This document shows, one piece after another, positions 37,976 through 47,287 of a stretch of 64,000 bases of DNA. Source of the stretch: an uncultured Eubacteriales bacterium (lineage in GTDB: Bacteria > Bacillota > Clostridia > Christensenellales > CAG-138); the NCBI GenBank assembly GCA_902787375.1, contig CADAGD010000001.1, positions 2,106-66,105 on the forward strand, in the 5' to 3' direction. Position 1 is the stretch's first letter. Each line of letters begins with the position of its first letter. The position numbers and the translations under genes were made by a program. The notes beneath the pieces are model-generated. The model was not told the DNA's origin, ran no database searches, and worked only from the letters and a program-made list of their open reading frames with translations.

Positions 37976-38665
37976 ATGCCAAGAAATACCGGTGAGAAGG
38001 AAAAAATAGAGAAGCGGATGCGTATAGAGAGGACGGTCATACCGTTTATCTCTGTGACAGCCATTGCTGTATTCATAATAATCGGAGCAACAGTCGGCAG
38101 AAAGCATGACAGCAAGGATGTTGACTTGGACTTATTAAACACGCCTGCACCAACAGAAGATCCATGCTTCCCGCTCATAAGAAACATGTCCTTGAAGCTT
38201 GACGGTACTTATACCGAGGCGGGTGGGTTTTCGACCCTTTGCTTAAAGAGCAGAGCGGATAATGCCGACACGATTATCACTTCATACACCAAGTCCGGCA
38301 TAGTCTGTATGCAGATAATCAGGAGTATGGGCGCGGGTACAGCCGCTTTTGATGAGCCCTCACCAACTCCCACGGAAGCTCTGTTCTACGTTGACCGAAT
38401 AGCCGCACCCACTCCGACACAGTATGACCCCGTTTCGGATATACTGAGCAATATCGGCTCAATAGCTACAGAGCTTCAGGAGTATCTCTCGTTTTTATAT
38501 GAGCCGGCTGAAAGCTCCGAAACGATTAAAATGCTAAGAAGATCACTCAACACGCTTGTTTCCGGAGAAGCTAAGAAAACGAGCTTCGTTTACGGTATTT
38601 ATCTTGTTGAGCTTTCATACTCGAAGAACGATTACATGCTCAAGATAGTCTGTGAACCTGCATAG
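37976..38665 (+). CDS. Membrane-anchored protein of unknown function
   Basis: 229 aa. GGAGG RBS. One TM 'VIPFISVTAIAVFIIIGATV'. No recognisable domain. Confidence 0.5.
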   Translation: MPRNTGEKEKIEKRMRIERTVIPFISVTAIAVFIIIGATVGRKHDSKDVDLDLLNTPAPTEDPCFPLIRNMSLKLDGTYTEAGGFSTLCLKSRADNADTIITSYTKSGIVCMQIIRSMGAGTAAFDEPSPTPTEALFYVDRIAAPTPTQYDPVSDILSNIGSIATELQEYLSFLYEPAESSETIKMLRRSLNTLVSGEAKKTSFVYGIYLVELSYSKNDYMLKIVCEPA

Positions 38666-38677
38666 TATCCATTATCA

Positions 38678-38854
38678 TCATACTATACCGAGATATGATA
38701 TGATGCTTCCGAATGAAATCAATATCTGCATAAGGAACAGTATCCAGCAGCATATCTTCTTTGTCGTGTTCTTATGCTTTCTATAATAGTTGATGCCCCA
38801 CAGGGGAACAAGCGGTATTGCCGCAGAGTATAATACAAACAGCACATCTGTCAT
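38678..38854 (-). CDS. Possible small (58 aa) membrane protein, absent from the ORF track
   Basis: Minus strand reads GAGGTG, 7 nt, ATG. Translates to 'MTDVLFVLYSAAIPLVPLWGINYYRKHKNTTKKICCWILFLMQILISFGSIISYLGIV', i.e. two hydrophobic helices separated by a basic loop. Confidence 0.3.
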   Translation of the reverse strand: MTDVLFVLYSAAIPLVPLWGINYYRKHKNTTKKICCWILFLMQILISFGSIISYLGIV

Positions 38855-38997
38855 TTTATCACCTCACAGACGAATGTTTTTCCTCGCATATAATACCATC
38901 GAAAGCCGATGCGTTTCAATCGTGGATAATTGGAAACCATGACATTTAAATGAAACATGAAAAACCCAAAAATGCACTTTTCAACATAGTGGAAAGG

Positions 38998-39006
38998 TGG
39001 TATAAT
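38998..39006 (+). promoter_or_regulatory. Extended -10 promoter element upstream of uvrB
   Basis: 'TGgTATAAT' about 33 nt upstream of the uvrB ATG. Confidence 0.45.
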
Positions 39007-39038
39007 AAAGAATGAGTTTTTATGGGGAGAAATGCTGA

Positions 39039-41063
39039 ATGAATGTTTTTAAGGCTGTTTCACCATTTGAGCCAACGGGGGATCAGCCACAGGCAATAGA
39101 GAAGCTCGCGGAGGGGATAAAGAACGGCGACCGTCTGCAAGTGCTTCTGGGTGTAACAGGATCGGGAAAGACCTTCACAATGGCAAAAGTCATTGAAAAG
39201 GCACAGCTTCCGACCCTTGTTATTGCACACAATAAAACACTCGCGGCACAGCTTTGCTCGGAATTGAGGGAGTTTTTTCCCAACAGCGCGGTTGAGTATT
39301 TTGTCAGCTATTATGACTATTATCAGCCTGAGGCTTATATTGCCTCCTCGGATACATATATCGAAAAGGAGTCCTCAATAAACGAGGAGATCGACCGCTT
39401 GCGCCATAGTGCTACATGTTCCCTAAATGAAAGGAAGGACGTTATTATCGTCGCTTCCGTATCCTGTATTTACGCTCTCGGCGATCCTGAAGAGTATCTG
39501 AGAATGAGCATATCGCTGAGAGAGGGCATGGTCATTGAGCGCGACGATATACTGCGTCGGCTTGTTGAGATACAATACCAGCGTAATGAGCTTGATTTCT
39601 CAAGGGGAACATTCCGCGTCAAGGGCGACGTCATTGAGATTTTCCCAATGAACGAGAACGAAAAGGCAATACGCGTTGAAATGTTCGGCGACGAGATAGA
39701 GAATATCTCCGAGATAACGGTCGTAACGGGGCAGCCCATACGAAATCTTTCGCATGTTATAGTATTCCCCGCAACACACTATGCCGCTGATAAGGATAAG
39801 ATGGAAAGCGCTCTTGAGCAGATAAAAGCGGATATGCTCAAGCGTGTTGAGGAATTTAAATCTCAGAATAAGCTTATCGAAGCGCAGCGTATCGAGCAGC
39901 GAACAACATTCGATATGGAAATGATGCGTGAGATAGGCTATTGCCAGGGAATAGAAAACTACTCAAGATACTTTGACGGAAGGAAACCCGGACAACCTCC
40001 TTTCACACTTTTGGACTATTTTCCAAAGGGGTTTCTCACTATCGTGGATGAATCCCATGTCACCCTTCCTCAGTTAAGGGCAATGTACAGGGGCGACTTT
40101 TCGAGAAAGACGGAGCTTGTCGAATACGGCTTCCGCATACCAAGTGCATACGACAACCGGCCTTTAACATTTGAGGAATTTGAGGAACGCGTCGGACAGC
40201 TCATATGCGTAAGTGCTACGCCTGCCGATTACGAGCTTTCAAGAGCAGCTCAAATCGCCGAACAGATAATAAGACCGACGGGACTTATTGATCCCGCCAT
40301 AGAGATACGCCCTGTAACGGGGCAGGTTGACGATCTCCTGGGCGAGATACGCTTGACTGCACAGAAGGGCTACCGTGTTTTGGTCACTACCCTTACCAAA
40401 AGAATGGCTGAGATGCTGACCGAGTATCTTGACGGAATGGGTGTGCGCGTGCGTTATATGCACTCGGACATCGAAACCATAGAGCGTATGGAGATAATAC
40501 GCGATCTGCGTCTTGGAGAGTTTGATGTGCTTGTCGGTATAAACCTACTCAGAGAGGGACTTGACCTTCCTGAGGTAGGACTTGTAGCCATACTCGACGC
40601 CGACAAGGAAGGTTTTTTGAGATCAACGACGTCGCTTGTGCAAACGATAGGACGGGCGGCAAGAAATGTTGACGGAAGGGTGATAATGTACGCGGATACT
40701 ATCACGGATTCCATGCAGCGTGCCATTGACGAAACCAATCGACGCAGGCAGATACAGATGAAATATAACGAGGAGCATAACATAACTCCTCAAAGCATAA
40801 AAAAAGCTGTCCATGACGTTATAGAAATCAGCTCAAAAGCAAAGTCTAACAGCGATAGTATGTCGGAGGCTGAGAAGGAAGAACGTATAAAGCTTTTAAC
40901 AGAACAGATGCGTCAGGCAGCTATGGAGCTTGAATTTGAGGAGGCGGCAAAGCTGCGCGATGAGCTTTATCGGCTTAAAGGAGTTGAACCCGATGGTTCA
41001 TCAAAGCCAAATCCGGGTACTGTCGGAAGCAGAAGAAAGGCAAGACAGAGGACAAGGAAATGA
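39039..41063 (+). CDS. uvrB: Excinuclease ABC subunit B
   Basis: 674 aa. Walker A '[10 protein letters not shown]', helicase motifs, C-terminal UVR '[13 protein letters not shown]'. Confidence 0.97.
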   Translation: MNVFKAVSPFEPTGDQPQAIEKLAEGIKNGDRLQVLLGVTGSGKTFTMAKVIEKAQLPTLVIAHNKTLAAQLCSELREFFPNSAVEYFVSYYDYYQPEAYIASSDTYIEKESSINEEIDRLRHSATCSLNERKDVIIVASVSCIYALGDPEEYLRMSISLREGMVIERDDILRRLVEIQYQRNELDFSRGTFRVKGDVIEIFPMNENEKAIRVEMFGDEIENISEITVVTGQPIRNLSHVIVFPATHYAADKDKMESALEQIKADMLKRVEEFKSQNKLIEAQRIEQRTTFDMEMMREIGYCQGIENYSRYFDGRKPGQPPFTLLDYFPKGFLTIVDESHVTLPQLRAMYRGDFSRKTELVEYGFRIPSAYDNRPLTFEEFEERVGQLICVSATPADYELSRAAQIAEQIIRPTGLIDPAIEIRPVTGQVDDLLGEIRLTAQKGYRVLVTTLTKRMAEMLTEYLDGMGVRVRYMHSDIETIERMEIIRDLRLGEFDVLVGINLLREGLDLPEVGLVAILDADKEGFLRSTTSLVQTIGRAARNVDGRVIMYADTITDSMQRAIDETNRRRQIQMKYNEEHNITPQSIKKAVHDVIEISSKAKSNSDSMSEAEKEERIKLLTEQMRQAAMELEFEEAAKLRDELYRLKGVEPDGSSKPNPGTVGSRRKARQRTRK

Positions 41064-43888
41064 ATGACAGGATTACAATAACAGGCGCAAGAGAGAACAA
41101 TCTCAAAAATATTTCTTTGGAACTGCCGCGTGACAAGTTCATTGTATTTACAGGTGTTTCAGGTTCGGGCAAATCAAGTCTTGCGTTTGATACAATATAT
41201 GCCGAGGGACAAAGACGCTATGTGGAATCTCTTTCCGCATATGCCCGTCAGTTCTTGGGGCAGATGGATAAGCCCGATGTTGACCATATTGAAGGTCTTT
41301 CTCCTGCCATATCAATAGACCAGAAAAGTACGTCTAACAATCCGAGATCGACCGTCGGAACTGTAACGGAGATAAACGATTACCTGCGTCTGCTTTATGC
41401 GCGAATTGGACATCCCCATTGTCCGCAATGCGGCAGACCGATTGAGAAGCAGAGCATAGATCAGGTTGTTGACAGGATAATGGAGCTGCCCGATAAAACA
41501 AAGCTGCTGATTATCGCCCCCATAGTACGCAGCAGGAAAGGCGAGCATAAGAGCGTTTTTGAAAGCATTCGCAAGGAGGGCTATGTAAGAGTCAAGGTCG
41601 ATGGCACGATTTACGACGTAAATGATGTTCCTGAGCTTGATAAGAAAAAGAAGCATACAATCGACGCCGTCGTTGACAGACTTGTGATAAAACAAGGCAT
41701 TGAGTCAAGGCTGAGCGACTCGCTTGAAACGGCATTCCGCTTTGCAGGCGGTCTTGCAAAGGTCGAAATAGTGGATGGGGAGGAGTTCCTGTTCTCTCAG
41801 AACTATGCCTGTCCGGACTGCGGCATAAGCATAGAGGAGCTTACTCCGCGTATGTTCTCATTCAACAGCCCGTTTGGAGCGTGTCCCAAATGCGCCGGAC
41901 TTGGCTTTACGTTGACGGTTGATGAGGAACTTGTAGTTCCGAACAGGAATCTATCGCTGAATCAGGGGGCTGTCAGCGTCACAGGCTGGCAGAGTGATTC
42001 AAAAAACACGATCGCCCACATGTATTTTACGGCTATCGAGAAAACCTATGGTTTTACCGGTGATACCCCCTTTAAGGACATTCCAAAGGAAGGACAGCAC
42101 GCTATACTATACGGGACGGGGGAGAAGAAGCTCCACGTTGAGTATCAGAAGGAATATGGCAATGGCACCTTCGACGCTCCGTTTGAAGGTGTTATAAACA
42201 ATCTTGAGCGTCGCTACCGTGAAACCCAATCCGAATGGTCAAAGCAGGAGATCGAGGCATATATGCGCACAACTCCATGTTCAGCTTGTAACGGGAAGCG
42301 ATTAAAGCCTGAAACACTTGCTGTAACGGTTGGAGATAAATCAATAGCTGACCTCTCCGATATGTCCATAAAGCGCGCAAAGGATTTCATAAACTCGCTT
42401 GCGCTTGGAGAATCCGAAAGCATCATTGCGGCTCAGATAGTCAAGGAGCTGAATTCAAGGCTTGGTTTCCTGATAAACGTCGGCTTGGACTATCTGACGT
42501 TGTCAAGAGCTTCATCCTCACTTTCCGGCGGAGAGGCACAGCGCATACGTCTTGCAACACAGATTGGTTCAGGGCTTGTCGGCGTGTTGTATATACTTGA
42601 CGAACCAAGCATCGGCTTGCATCAGCGCGATAATCGACGGCTGCTCGACGCGCTTTGCAGACTGCGCGACCTCGGAAACACATTAATAGTTGTTGAGCAT
42701 GACGAGGAAACCATACGCTCTGCCGACTATATCGTCGATATTGGCGTCGGTGCAGGCGAGCACGGGGGAGAGGTCGTCGCAAGCGGCACGCTTGAGGAAA
42801 TAATGAAGGTTCCAAAATCGGTTACGGCTCAGTTCCTGACAGGTGAAAGAGCCATTATGATTCCCCAAAATCGACGTGAGCTTACCGACCGTTGGCTTTG
42901 CGTGCATGGCGCGAGAGTCAACAATTTGAAGAATATTGACGTAAAAATTCCGCTTGGCGTCTTTACCTGTGTAACAGGAGTTTCCGGTTCGGGGAAATCA
43001 AGCCTTATAAATGAGATAGTCAAAAAAACACTCCTGCGTGAATTGAACCACGCAAGAATTCGTGCCGGAGAATGCGACGGAATAACAGGCGTCAAGTACC
43101 TTGATAAAATAATCGACATAGACCAGTCGCCCATAGGTCGAACTCCTCGAAGCAATCCGGCAACTTATACGGGGGTTTTCGACCTCATTCGGGATGTCTT
43201 CGCTCAAACCCCTGACGCAAAGCTCAAGGGCTTCAATGCCGGCAGGTTCAGCTTTAACGTAAAGGGAGGACGCTGTGAATCCTGCTCAGGCGACGGAATA
43301 ATAAAGATAGAGATGCACTTCCTTTCGGACGTCTATGTGCCTTGTGAGGTTTGCAAGGGCAAGCGTTACAATCGTGAAACGCTGGAGGTTCGATATAAGG
43401 GCAAGACCATTGCGGATGTTCTCAGCATGACGGCAGAGGAGGCACTTGAGTTTTTCAAACCTCTGCCAAGGATTGCGAAAAAGCTTGAAACGCTGTGCGA
43501 CGTCGGTCTTGGATACATCAAGCTTGGGCAGCCGTCAACGACACTTTCAGGCGGTGAAGCTCAGCGCGTAAAGCTTGCCACCGAATTATCAAGGCGAAAC
43601 ACGGGCAAGACGTTGTATGTGCTTGATGAACCCACAACAGGACTTCATGTTGCTGACGTGGAACATCTATTGCGCATTCTCCAAAGGCTATGCGCCGGAG
43701 GCAATTCCGTTCTTGTAATCGAGCATAATCTTGATGTTATCAAAACGGCTGACTACATCATAGATATGGGCCCTGAAGGCGGCGACGCCGGCGGAACCGT
43801 TATTGCGTGCGGTACTCCTGAGGAGGTTGCTTCCTGTGAAGGCAGCTATACAGGGCATTTTCTTAAAGAAATACTATCACAAAGATGA
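41060..43888 (+). CDS. uvrA: Excinuclease ABC subunit A
   Basis: 942 aa. Two ABC modules ('[10 protein letters not shown]' twice, 'LSGGEAQR' twice) and zinc fingers. ATGA overlap with uvrB. Confidence 0.97.
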   Translation: MNDRITITGARENNLKNISLELPRDKFIVFTGVSGSGKSSLAFDTIYAEGQRRYVESLSAYARQFLGQMDKPDVDHIEGLSPAISIDQKSTSNNPRSTVGTVTEINDYLRLLYARIGHPHCPQCGRPIEKQSIDQVVDRIMELPDKTKLLIIAPIVRSRKGEHKSVFESIRKEGYVRVKVDGTIYDVNDVPELDKKKKHTIDAVVDRLVIKQGIESRLSDSLETAFRFAGGLAKVEIVDGEEFLFSQNYACPDCGISIEELTPRMFSFNSPFGACPKCAGLGFTLTVDEELVVPNRNLSLNQGAVSVTGWQSDSKNTIAHMYFTAIEKTYGFTGDTPFKDIPKEGQHAILYGTGEKKLHVEYQKEYGNGTFDAPFEGVINNLERRYRETQSEWSKQEIEAYMRTTPCSACNGKRLKPETLAVTVGDKSIADLSDMSIKRAKDFINSLALGESESIIAAQIVKELNSRLGFLINVGLDYLTLSRASSSLSGGEAQRIRLATQIGSGLVGVLYILDEPSIGLHQRDNRRLLDALCRLRDLGNTLIVVEHDEETIRSADYIVDIGVGAGEHGGEVVASGTLEEIMKVPKSVTAQFLTGERAIMIPQNRRELTDRWLCVHGARVNNLKNIDVKIPLGVFTCVTGVSGSGKSSLINEIVKKTLLRELNHARIRAGECDGITGVKYLDKIIDIDQSPIGRTPRSNPATYTGVFDLIRDVFAQTPDAKLKGFNAGRFSFNVKGGRCESCSGDGIIKIEMHFLSDVYVPCEVCKGKRYNRETLEVRYKGKTIADVLSMTAEEALEFFKPLPRIAKKLETLCDVGLGYIKLGQPSTTLSGGEAQRVKLATELSRRNTGKTLYVLDEPTTGLHVADVEHLLRILQRLCAGGNSVLVIEHNLDVIKTADYIIDMGPEGGDAGGTVIACGTPEEVASCEGSYTGHFLKEILSQR

Positions 43889-43906
43889 AAAAGAGGGGAT
43901 AAAAAG

Positions 43907-44653
43907 ATGGAAAACACGATGGAGAGATGGTACTCGGTTATTAAAAAAAGAGTTTCCGTCCGTAAATATACAGGTTCGGCAACCCGCGACGAGCTGCGTA
44001 AGCTCAGGGAAATCGCAAAATACATGACCACGGATGATGTGCGCATTGTCGTGGGAAAGACCGACGGCGCATTCAGCCCGATAATCGGAAGAACTATTTC
44101 CGGTACCGATACGTTCGCCGCTGTTTTAAGCAAGAGCAAGGATGATGAATATATGATTGGAATGGTGGGGGAGGCATTCGTTCTCGAATGCACCGCCATG
44201 GGGCTTGGAACCTGCTGGACAGGTAAATCTTACAGCAAGTCCGCTGTATACTCGTCTATCAAATCGGATGAGCAGGAAAAGCTCTGCTGTGTTATCGCCA
44301 TAGGGCATTATGACAATGCTCCCGCAAAAAAGAAGAACCGAAAGGATATATTCTCTTTGACGGGATTGAATGAAAATGCCTTTAAAAAGCTTCCCGAATG
44401 GCAGCAATCAGCTATAAGCTGCGGTCAGATCGCGCCGTCCGCATTGAACGCGCAGCCTTGGGAATTTGATATATTAAATTCCAATTCCATTCAGATAGCC
44501 AATATCTCAAAGAATTTCGGCTATGGAAAAATAGATTGCGGTATTGCCATGCTTCATATTGAAGTTGGAGCGGCGCATTGCGGTATTTACGGTGATTGGC
44601 AGATAAGCGATGGTTTACCTGTTTTCACAGCCGATTATTCAATGGAAGCATGA
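43907..44653 (+). CDS. Nitroreductase-family protein
   Basis: 248 aa. 'RVSVRKYT', 'APSALNAQPWEF'. Confidence 0.72.
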   Translation: MENTMERWYSVIKKRVSVRKYTGSATRDELRKLREIAKYMTTDDVRIVVGKTDGAFSPIIGRTISGTDTFAAVLSKSKDDEYMIGMVGEAFVLECTAMGLGTCWTGKSYSKSAVYSSIKSDEQEKLCCVIAIGHYDNAPAKKKNRKDIFSLTGLNENAFKKLPEWQQSAISCGQIAPSALNAQPWEFDILNSNSIQIANISKNFGYGKIDCGIAMLHIEVGAAHCGIYGDWQISDGLPVFTADYSMEA

Positions 44654-45102
44654 AGCATGTAGTTATTTATACGGATGGCGCATGCTCGGTGAATCCCGGC
44701 GTTGGAGGCTGGGCGGCAATACTTATGTATAAAGCCGTAAAAAAAGAGATTTCAGGGGGCGAATCCGAAACCACAAATAATCGGATGGAGATTACAGCGG
44801 CAATCAAAGGCCTTGAATCGCTCAAGGAACCGTGCGACGTTGACATCTATACGGACAGCGCATATCTATGCGATACGTTCAGCAAGCATTGGATAGATAA
44901 TTGGGTCAAAAAAGATTGGCTCAAGTCAGATAAAAAGCCCGTTGAGAATCGTGACCTGTGGGAGCGTCTGCTTGCCTTGACTAAAAAGCACAATGTTAAT
45001 TGGAACAAAGTCAAAGGTCATTCGGATAACGAATTCAATAACCGATGTGACGAGCTGGCAAGAGCTGAGATAAAAAAGCTTAAGGAATCGGAAAACAAAT
45101 AA
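44650..45102 (+). CDS. rnhA: Ribonuclease HI
   Basis: 'VVIYTDGACSVNPGVGGWAAIL', 'TNNRMEITA', 'IYTDSAY', 'VKGHSDNEFNNRCDELA' (DEDD residues). ATG 44650 overlaps the upstream stop (ATGA). Confidence 0.9.
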   Translation: MKHVVIYTDGACSVNPGVGGWAAILMYKAVKKEISGGESETTNNRMEITAAIKGLESLKEPCDVDIYTDSAYLCDTFSKHWIDNWVKKDWLKSDKKPVENRDLWERLLALTKKHNVNWNKVKGHSDNEFNNRCDELARAEIKKLKESENK

Positions 45103-45110
45103 ATGTGTTT

Positions 45111-45155
45111 CAACATTGCGTTAAACTTGTCTTTAACGCAATGTTGTGTTATAAT
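45111..45155 (+). promoter_or_regulatory. Perfect 15-bp inverted repeat overlapping an extended -10 promoter (possible operator and/or rnhA terminator)
   Basis: 'caacattgcgttaaa' (45111-45125), loop 'cttgtc', 'tttaacgcaatgttg' (45132-45146), then 'TGtTATAAT' (45147-45155). The -35-like TTGTCT (45127-45132) lies in the centre of the palindrome. Confidence 0.55.
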
Positions 45156-45182
45156 ATCTCCGAAAGGAGTCAGTTACCCCCT

Positions 45183-46283
45183 ATGAGTGATTATTCAATA
45201 GAAAAAAACAAAAAGTTTACTTTAAAGCTCCGAGAGCTGATACAGACATTTCCTCGCTTCTGCACGGACTTTTTCAGAGGCATCGAGAACATCACGGGCA
45301 TTATGACTCGATACGGATACGCTGTAGATCTGAGGACTTTTTTTACATATCTGCTTGGCGCAGGTTTATGCAATGATGCTCAAACCATACGCGATATTGA
45401 TATAGCCGTACTTGAAAAGGTTGATCCGATAACCATTGAATGCTTTCTTGAGTATGTTTCCATGTACCAAAAAAACGATGATAGTTCCGAATTCATAATC
45501 AACGGCGAACGCGCGAAAGCACGAAAGCTTGCGGCTGTCCGCGCGCTTTTCAAGTATCTTTATAAAAAAGGCTTCATAAAAAATAACGCTCCCGCACTTG
45601 TCGATACGCCGAAGCTCCACGAGAAGCCCATCGTACGGCTTGAGCCGGATGAAATGGCAAAACTCCTGTCAACCGTCGAAAGCGGCGATGGGCTGACAAA
45701 GAAACAAAAGCAGTATCATCAGTCTAACGCCATTAGGGATACAGCCATAATAACCCTTTTTTTGGGAACGGGAATGCGCATAAGCGAGCTTGTGGGAATT
45801 GATATAGATGATATTAACTTCATGTCAAATGAGATACGCATAACGAGAAAGGGCGGAAATGACGAACAGATTGTCTTTGGAGCCGACGTAAGGCGAGCCC
45901 TCCTTGAGTACATGGTTTATCGAGAATGTATTGCTGCACTTGACGGACATGAGAAAGCATTATTTCTTTCAATGCAAAGAAAACGCATGAGCGTCCGTTC
46001 GCTTGAACTGCTTGTAAAAAAATATGCCGAGATTGCCGCGCCGTTAAAGAAAATATCTCCTCATAAGCTTCGCAGCACATACGGCACGATGCTGTACCGT
46101 GAAACGGGCGACATATATCTGGTAGCCGATGTACTTGGGCATAAGGATGTCAATACCACAAGAAAGCATTATGCCGCCATGAGTGAGGACAGACGACGGC
46201 TTGCGGCGGAGATTGTAAAGCTCCATGATGATACTGCTGATAATGCCTCCCCTCCCCTGCCAACGAATAACAAGGACTCATAA
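45183..46283 (+). CDS. Tyrosine site-specific recombinase (XerC/XerD-like)
   Basis: N-terminal SAM-like core-binding domain. Catalytic signature 'GMRISE' (Arg), 'HKLRST' (His-x-x-Arg), 'GHKD', 'RKHY' (Tyr). Start ambiguous: ATG 45183 is 13 nt after AAAGGAG, while the track ORF begins at 45105 inside the palindrome. Confidence 0.85.
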   Translation: MSDYSIEKNKKFTLKLRELIQTFPRFCTDFFRGIENITGIMTRYGYAVDLRTFFTYLLGAGLCNDAQTIRDIDIAVLEKVDPITIECFLEYVSMYQKNDDSSEFIINGERAKARKLAAVRALFKYLYKKGFIKNNAPALVDTPKLHEKPIVRLEPDEMAKLLSTVESGDGLTKKQKQYHQSNAIRDTAIITLFLGTGMRISELVGIDIDDINFMSNEIRITRKGGNDEQIVFGADVRRALLEYMVYRECIAALDGHEKALFLSMQRKRMSVRSLELLVKKYAEIAAPLKKISPHKLRSTYGTMLYRETGDIYLVADVLGHKDVNTTRKHYAAMSEDRRRLAAEIVKLHDDTADNASPPLPTNNKDS

Positions 46284-46298
46284 AGCATATTATCCCAT

Positions 46299-47204
46299 AT
46301 GGACAAAATGGGATCAGAAAAAAGCAATAACGGAAAGCATCTGTCAAGGCGGTTCACGGCGTCCGTTGTGATACTTTTGCTTGCGGGTGCTTTTTTGTTT
46401 TACGCTCCGGGCTTTTTTGAAAAGAAACTGAATGCGGATACATACAGGCAATGGATGACGCCAAAAAAAGAACCCTCTGTGAGCATAATAAACATATGGC
46501 ATATAGTGGATTTTAAGCCCTATGTCGGCAGCATGGGCGCATGGCTCACCGATAAAGCCATGAAGGTTTCCGACAAATACAACAACATCCACTTTTCGGT
46601 AAACTCCTACTCCATGGAGGATGCGCAAGCTCAGTTATCACGCGGGAATTATCCGGATGTAATCAGCTTTTGCGGAGATGCACTCAGCTCATCCGAGCTT
46701 TTGCCGTTCAGCCTCCCGGAGGAGCCTGCGAATAGAAGCAAGGATGCGAAAAACGAAGTATATGCACTCCCCTACTGCGCCTCAGGCTATCTGCTTATTT
46801 ATGCTCAAAACTCTGATACGGAATTCGATGGGACTTTAGCCAATGCAGGAACCGTCGATGATTTCAGAAAGGGCAAATGTCAATCCTGCATAACCGATAT
46901 TCGCGGAGCAGGTGATCTGTATAGGGCTCAGCTTATCGGAAAATGCCCGTATTTTGACGCAAAGCCCATAAAGGGAGAACGGGAGCTTGTCCAGTATATA
47001 GGTCTTTACCGAAGCATTGATGAGAAAAAACTGCCGTATGCTTTGGATTTCATTGATTATTTGGAAACCGATGGTGTTCAATCTTCGCTGTCGGGATTAG
47101 GTCTGCTTCCCGTAAGCAAAACCGCTAAAACAAGCTATGAGCAGCCATGGCTTGAGGCACTCAAGGCTCAATTCGACCCCGACGAAATTAACCCGCTTTT
47201 TTAA
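46299..47204 (+). CDS. Membrane-anchored extracytoplasmic protein of unknown function (faintly solute-binding-protein-like)
   Basis: 301 aa. TM 'VVILLLAGAFLFYA'. Begins 15 nt after the recombinase stop. Confidence 0.5.
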   Translation: MDKMGSEKSNNGKHLSRRFTASVVILLLAGAFLFYAPGFFEKKLNADTYRQWMTPKKEPSVSIINIWHIVDFKPYVGSMGAWLTDKAMKVSDKYNNIHFSVNSYSMEDAQAQLSRGNYPDVISFCGDALSSSELLPFSLPEEPANRSKDAKNEVYALPYCASGYLLIYAQNSDTEFDGTLANAGTVDDFRKGKCQSCITDIRGAGDLYRAQLIGKCPYFDAKPIKGERELVQYIGLYRSIDEKKLPYALDFIDYLETDGVQSSLSGLGLLPVSKTAKTSYEQPWLEALKAQFDPDEINPLF

Positions 47205-47229
47205 AGCTGTCAGCTATAATTATAAAAAC

Positions 47230-47268
47230 AAATGTGACACAGCTTGACGCTGCGCCACATTTATTTTA
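47230..47268. terminator. Imperfect hairpin terminator between convergent genes
   Basis: 'aatgtgacacagc' / 'gctgcgccacatt' (two mismatches), followed by 'ttattttaat'. Confidence 0.45.
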
Positions 47269-47287
47269 ATGTAATTTATTATTGAAA

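Noticed and set aside
38860-39038. Looked for a LexA (Cheo-type GAAC-N4-GTTC) box upstream of uvrB
   Set aside because: Only a poor match was found ('cgaatgtttttcc', about 38871-38883), with at least two mismatches in the right half-site. That is not enough to call an SOS operator.
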